From Antedon mediterranea (taxonomy: Eukaryota > Animalia > Echinodermata), in assembly GCF_964355755.1 (NCBI RefSeq), contig NC_092670.1, positions 29,748,388-29,812,387 of the forward strand: a stretch of 64,000 nucleotides of DNA. The letters run 5' to 3'. A model generated the notes under the pieces. That model did no database searches and was not told the origin of the DNA. It saw only the letters and a list, made by a program, of their open reading frames with translations. Position 1 is the stretch's first letter, and each line of letters starts with the position of its first letter. Of the stretch, positions 62,178 to 64,000 are shown in pieces. Both the position numbers and the translations under genes were made by a program.

Positions 62178-64000
62178 TTTATATTCCTAGAGCCTGATTT
62201 CTTCATCATATCCACTTTAAAATGTGAGGGAGGGACTTCCATACAGTAGCTCCTCGACTACCACCTTTCCACATATCCAGCCCTGATTCTTTACTTAAAA
62301 TAGTGAATGTTGATGCAAATTGAAGACATTTTCACTTGAAGAAATAGCTCACAAGAATCAGAAATACAAAACTGACATACACTTGTATAAAATGTACCTA
62401 AAAAAGACTGAAAACTTGTCAAAACATAAAAGCGTTTAAAGTATAGTGGATTACACATTACAAAGATTTACAAAGAAGATCAGAGTTTTTTTAAATTAAG
62501 GTCAAGAAAAGTGGATTGTAGTAAAATATTAATAGGGCTGAACTCAACATCACTCTAGAATCACCTGAAGATAGCTGAGACCATGGAGGAACCTTCATGC
62601 TGAGACCAACAACAAAAGTTTCTGCATCTTTACCTATACCAAAAAGACCTACCGTATTGTTTGTGAATGATTTCATTTCTTATTTTCAATATCTCACATA
62701 AGAGCAGATGAATGTAGCACATTGGCATGTATTTAACTAATAAAAATAATTCATACTGTAGAGAAAGGTATGATTGAGACATTGAGGCCCATAATGGGTC
62801 AGTTCTCACCTGAGAGTACATGCTCTTATCCAGCTTGTTTGATTTAATTTCATGCATCAGTTACCTTTCTCTTCCATCTAGAAATAGCTAATTTCAGCTC
62901 TTTGGTCACTGAGCATATTATATTATGAACACCCAATGATCATCAGAATGACAGAATATACCAATAAAACATTTGAATTGAAAAATGATGGTGTTTATGT
63001 TTTGAACAATTCCAAAAATGTGTTCAGATGACTTCTCTTACTGCCAAACTGTGCCTGTGTTTTCAATTAATGTATGAACTATGAATGAAGGGAAATAGAA
63101 TGTATTTATTTATATGCAACATAAGATGAGACCTTTTTTCGCTATCTAATATTTTGTTGCAGCAGAAATGGTGCTAAAAAGAATATTATTTAAGCCAAAA
63201 TTATGTGAAAGGATTTAATTTGTTTTAATTAACTCCATTTAATACATACAGTATGTGACAAGGTGATAAGTTAAAATTTAATTTTAGTTAGTTCTGTGCT
63301 TATAATGCTTGATTTAAACTAATTCGTATTTCAACAGATTTAAAAGTATATTAAATAAAAACATTGAGTGAAAGATATCCTAATCTGATAGATATATTAA
63401 ATGGATCAATAGTAAATACAGTGAGAAAACTCGCGTATTATTGAATTTCATATTGCTTCTAGCCATGGATGTATGGTATTTAGATCCTAATAGAATTGAC
63501 CAATTAGTCATTCATCCCCCCACCCACCTGCCCCATTGACTCACCAACTTCCTAATGATAACAACCATGATGAATTATAAACAATACAGGGATGAGTAAT
63601 TTTATGATGAGATATAATTGCAACACAAAGGTTGTTCGTTGATGGAGTTTCATATTTTAATTAGAACATTAACAGTGAACATATGTTCTGGAAAATGTGC
63701 AATAGATGATTATGATTAATATGTCATTTGTATATGGTAAATATTGTCTGGCCATCTGTGTACCTAAAATAGACTGGACATGTATTTAGATTTTGAATTT
63801 TATAATATTCCATAACTCGACTCCATAAAAATGGAAATGAAATCCTGTTAAATTTAAATAACATATTCGTTAATAAATTTAACAGTGCCTATTATAACTA
63901 ATTATAACAGTAAAACCACTATAGGATACCTTCAGGACCAAACAAAGTGTCCCCATTAATAATAGCATATTGTATTTAATTTCTAAAATGGTTATAAAAT

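Noticed and set aside
62491-62857. Two minus-strand ORFs with an exon-like look
   Set aside because: No recognisable homology or coherent splice structure

Overview
AT-rich, intron-containing animal genomic DNA; a marine invertebrate, possibly an echinoderm, is my inference only. Three host genes are supported. (1) The 3' part of a + strand gene encoding six LDL-receptor class A repeats, two WAP domains, a coiled coil and a Pro/Tyr/His-rich tail (exons within 297-3749). (2) A complete 12-coding-exon CLP1 RNA kinase gene on the - strand (5555-19315, 426 aa), with a U12-type AT-AC intron at 16798-17898. (3) The first coding exon of a formin-like FMNL gene (35351-35467), whose next intron runs past the window end. 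The rest is a dense, nested transposon landscape. It includes several Helentron-type non-autonomous elements (one as an 8 kb head-to-tail stack with piled-up 5' termini from two families), Academ-like elements, and hAT, Tc1/mariner and Harbinger MITEs. Also present are decayed LINEs, a Penelope-like GIY-YIG fragment, minimal hammerhead-like motifs, a tRNA-derived element and a 75-bp tandem array inside a TIR element. All family assignments come from motif recognition by eye, without database searches.
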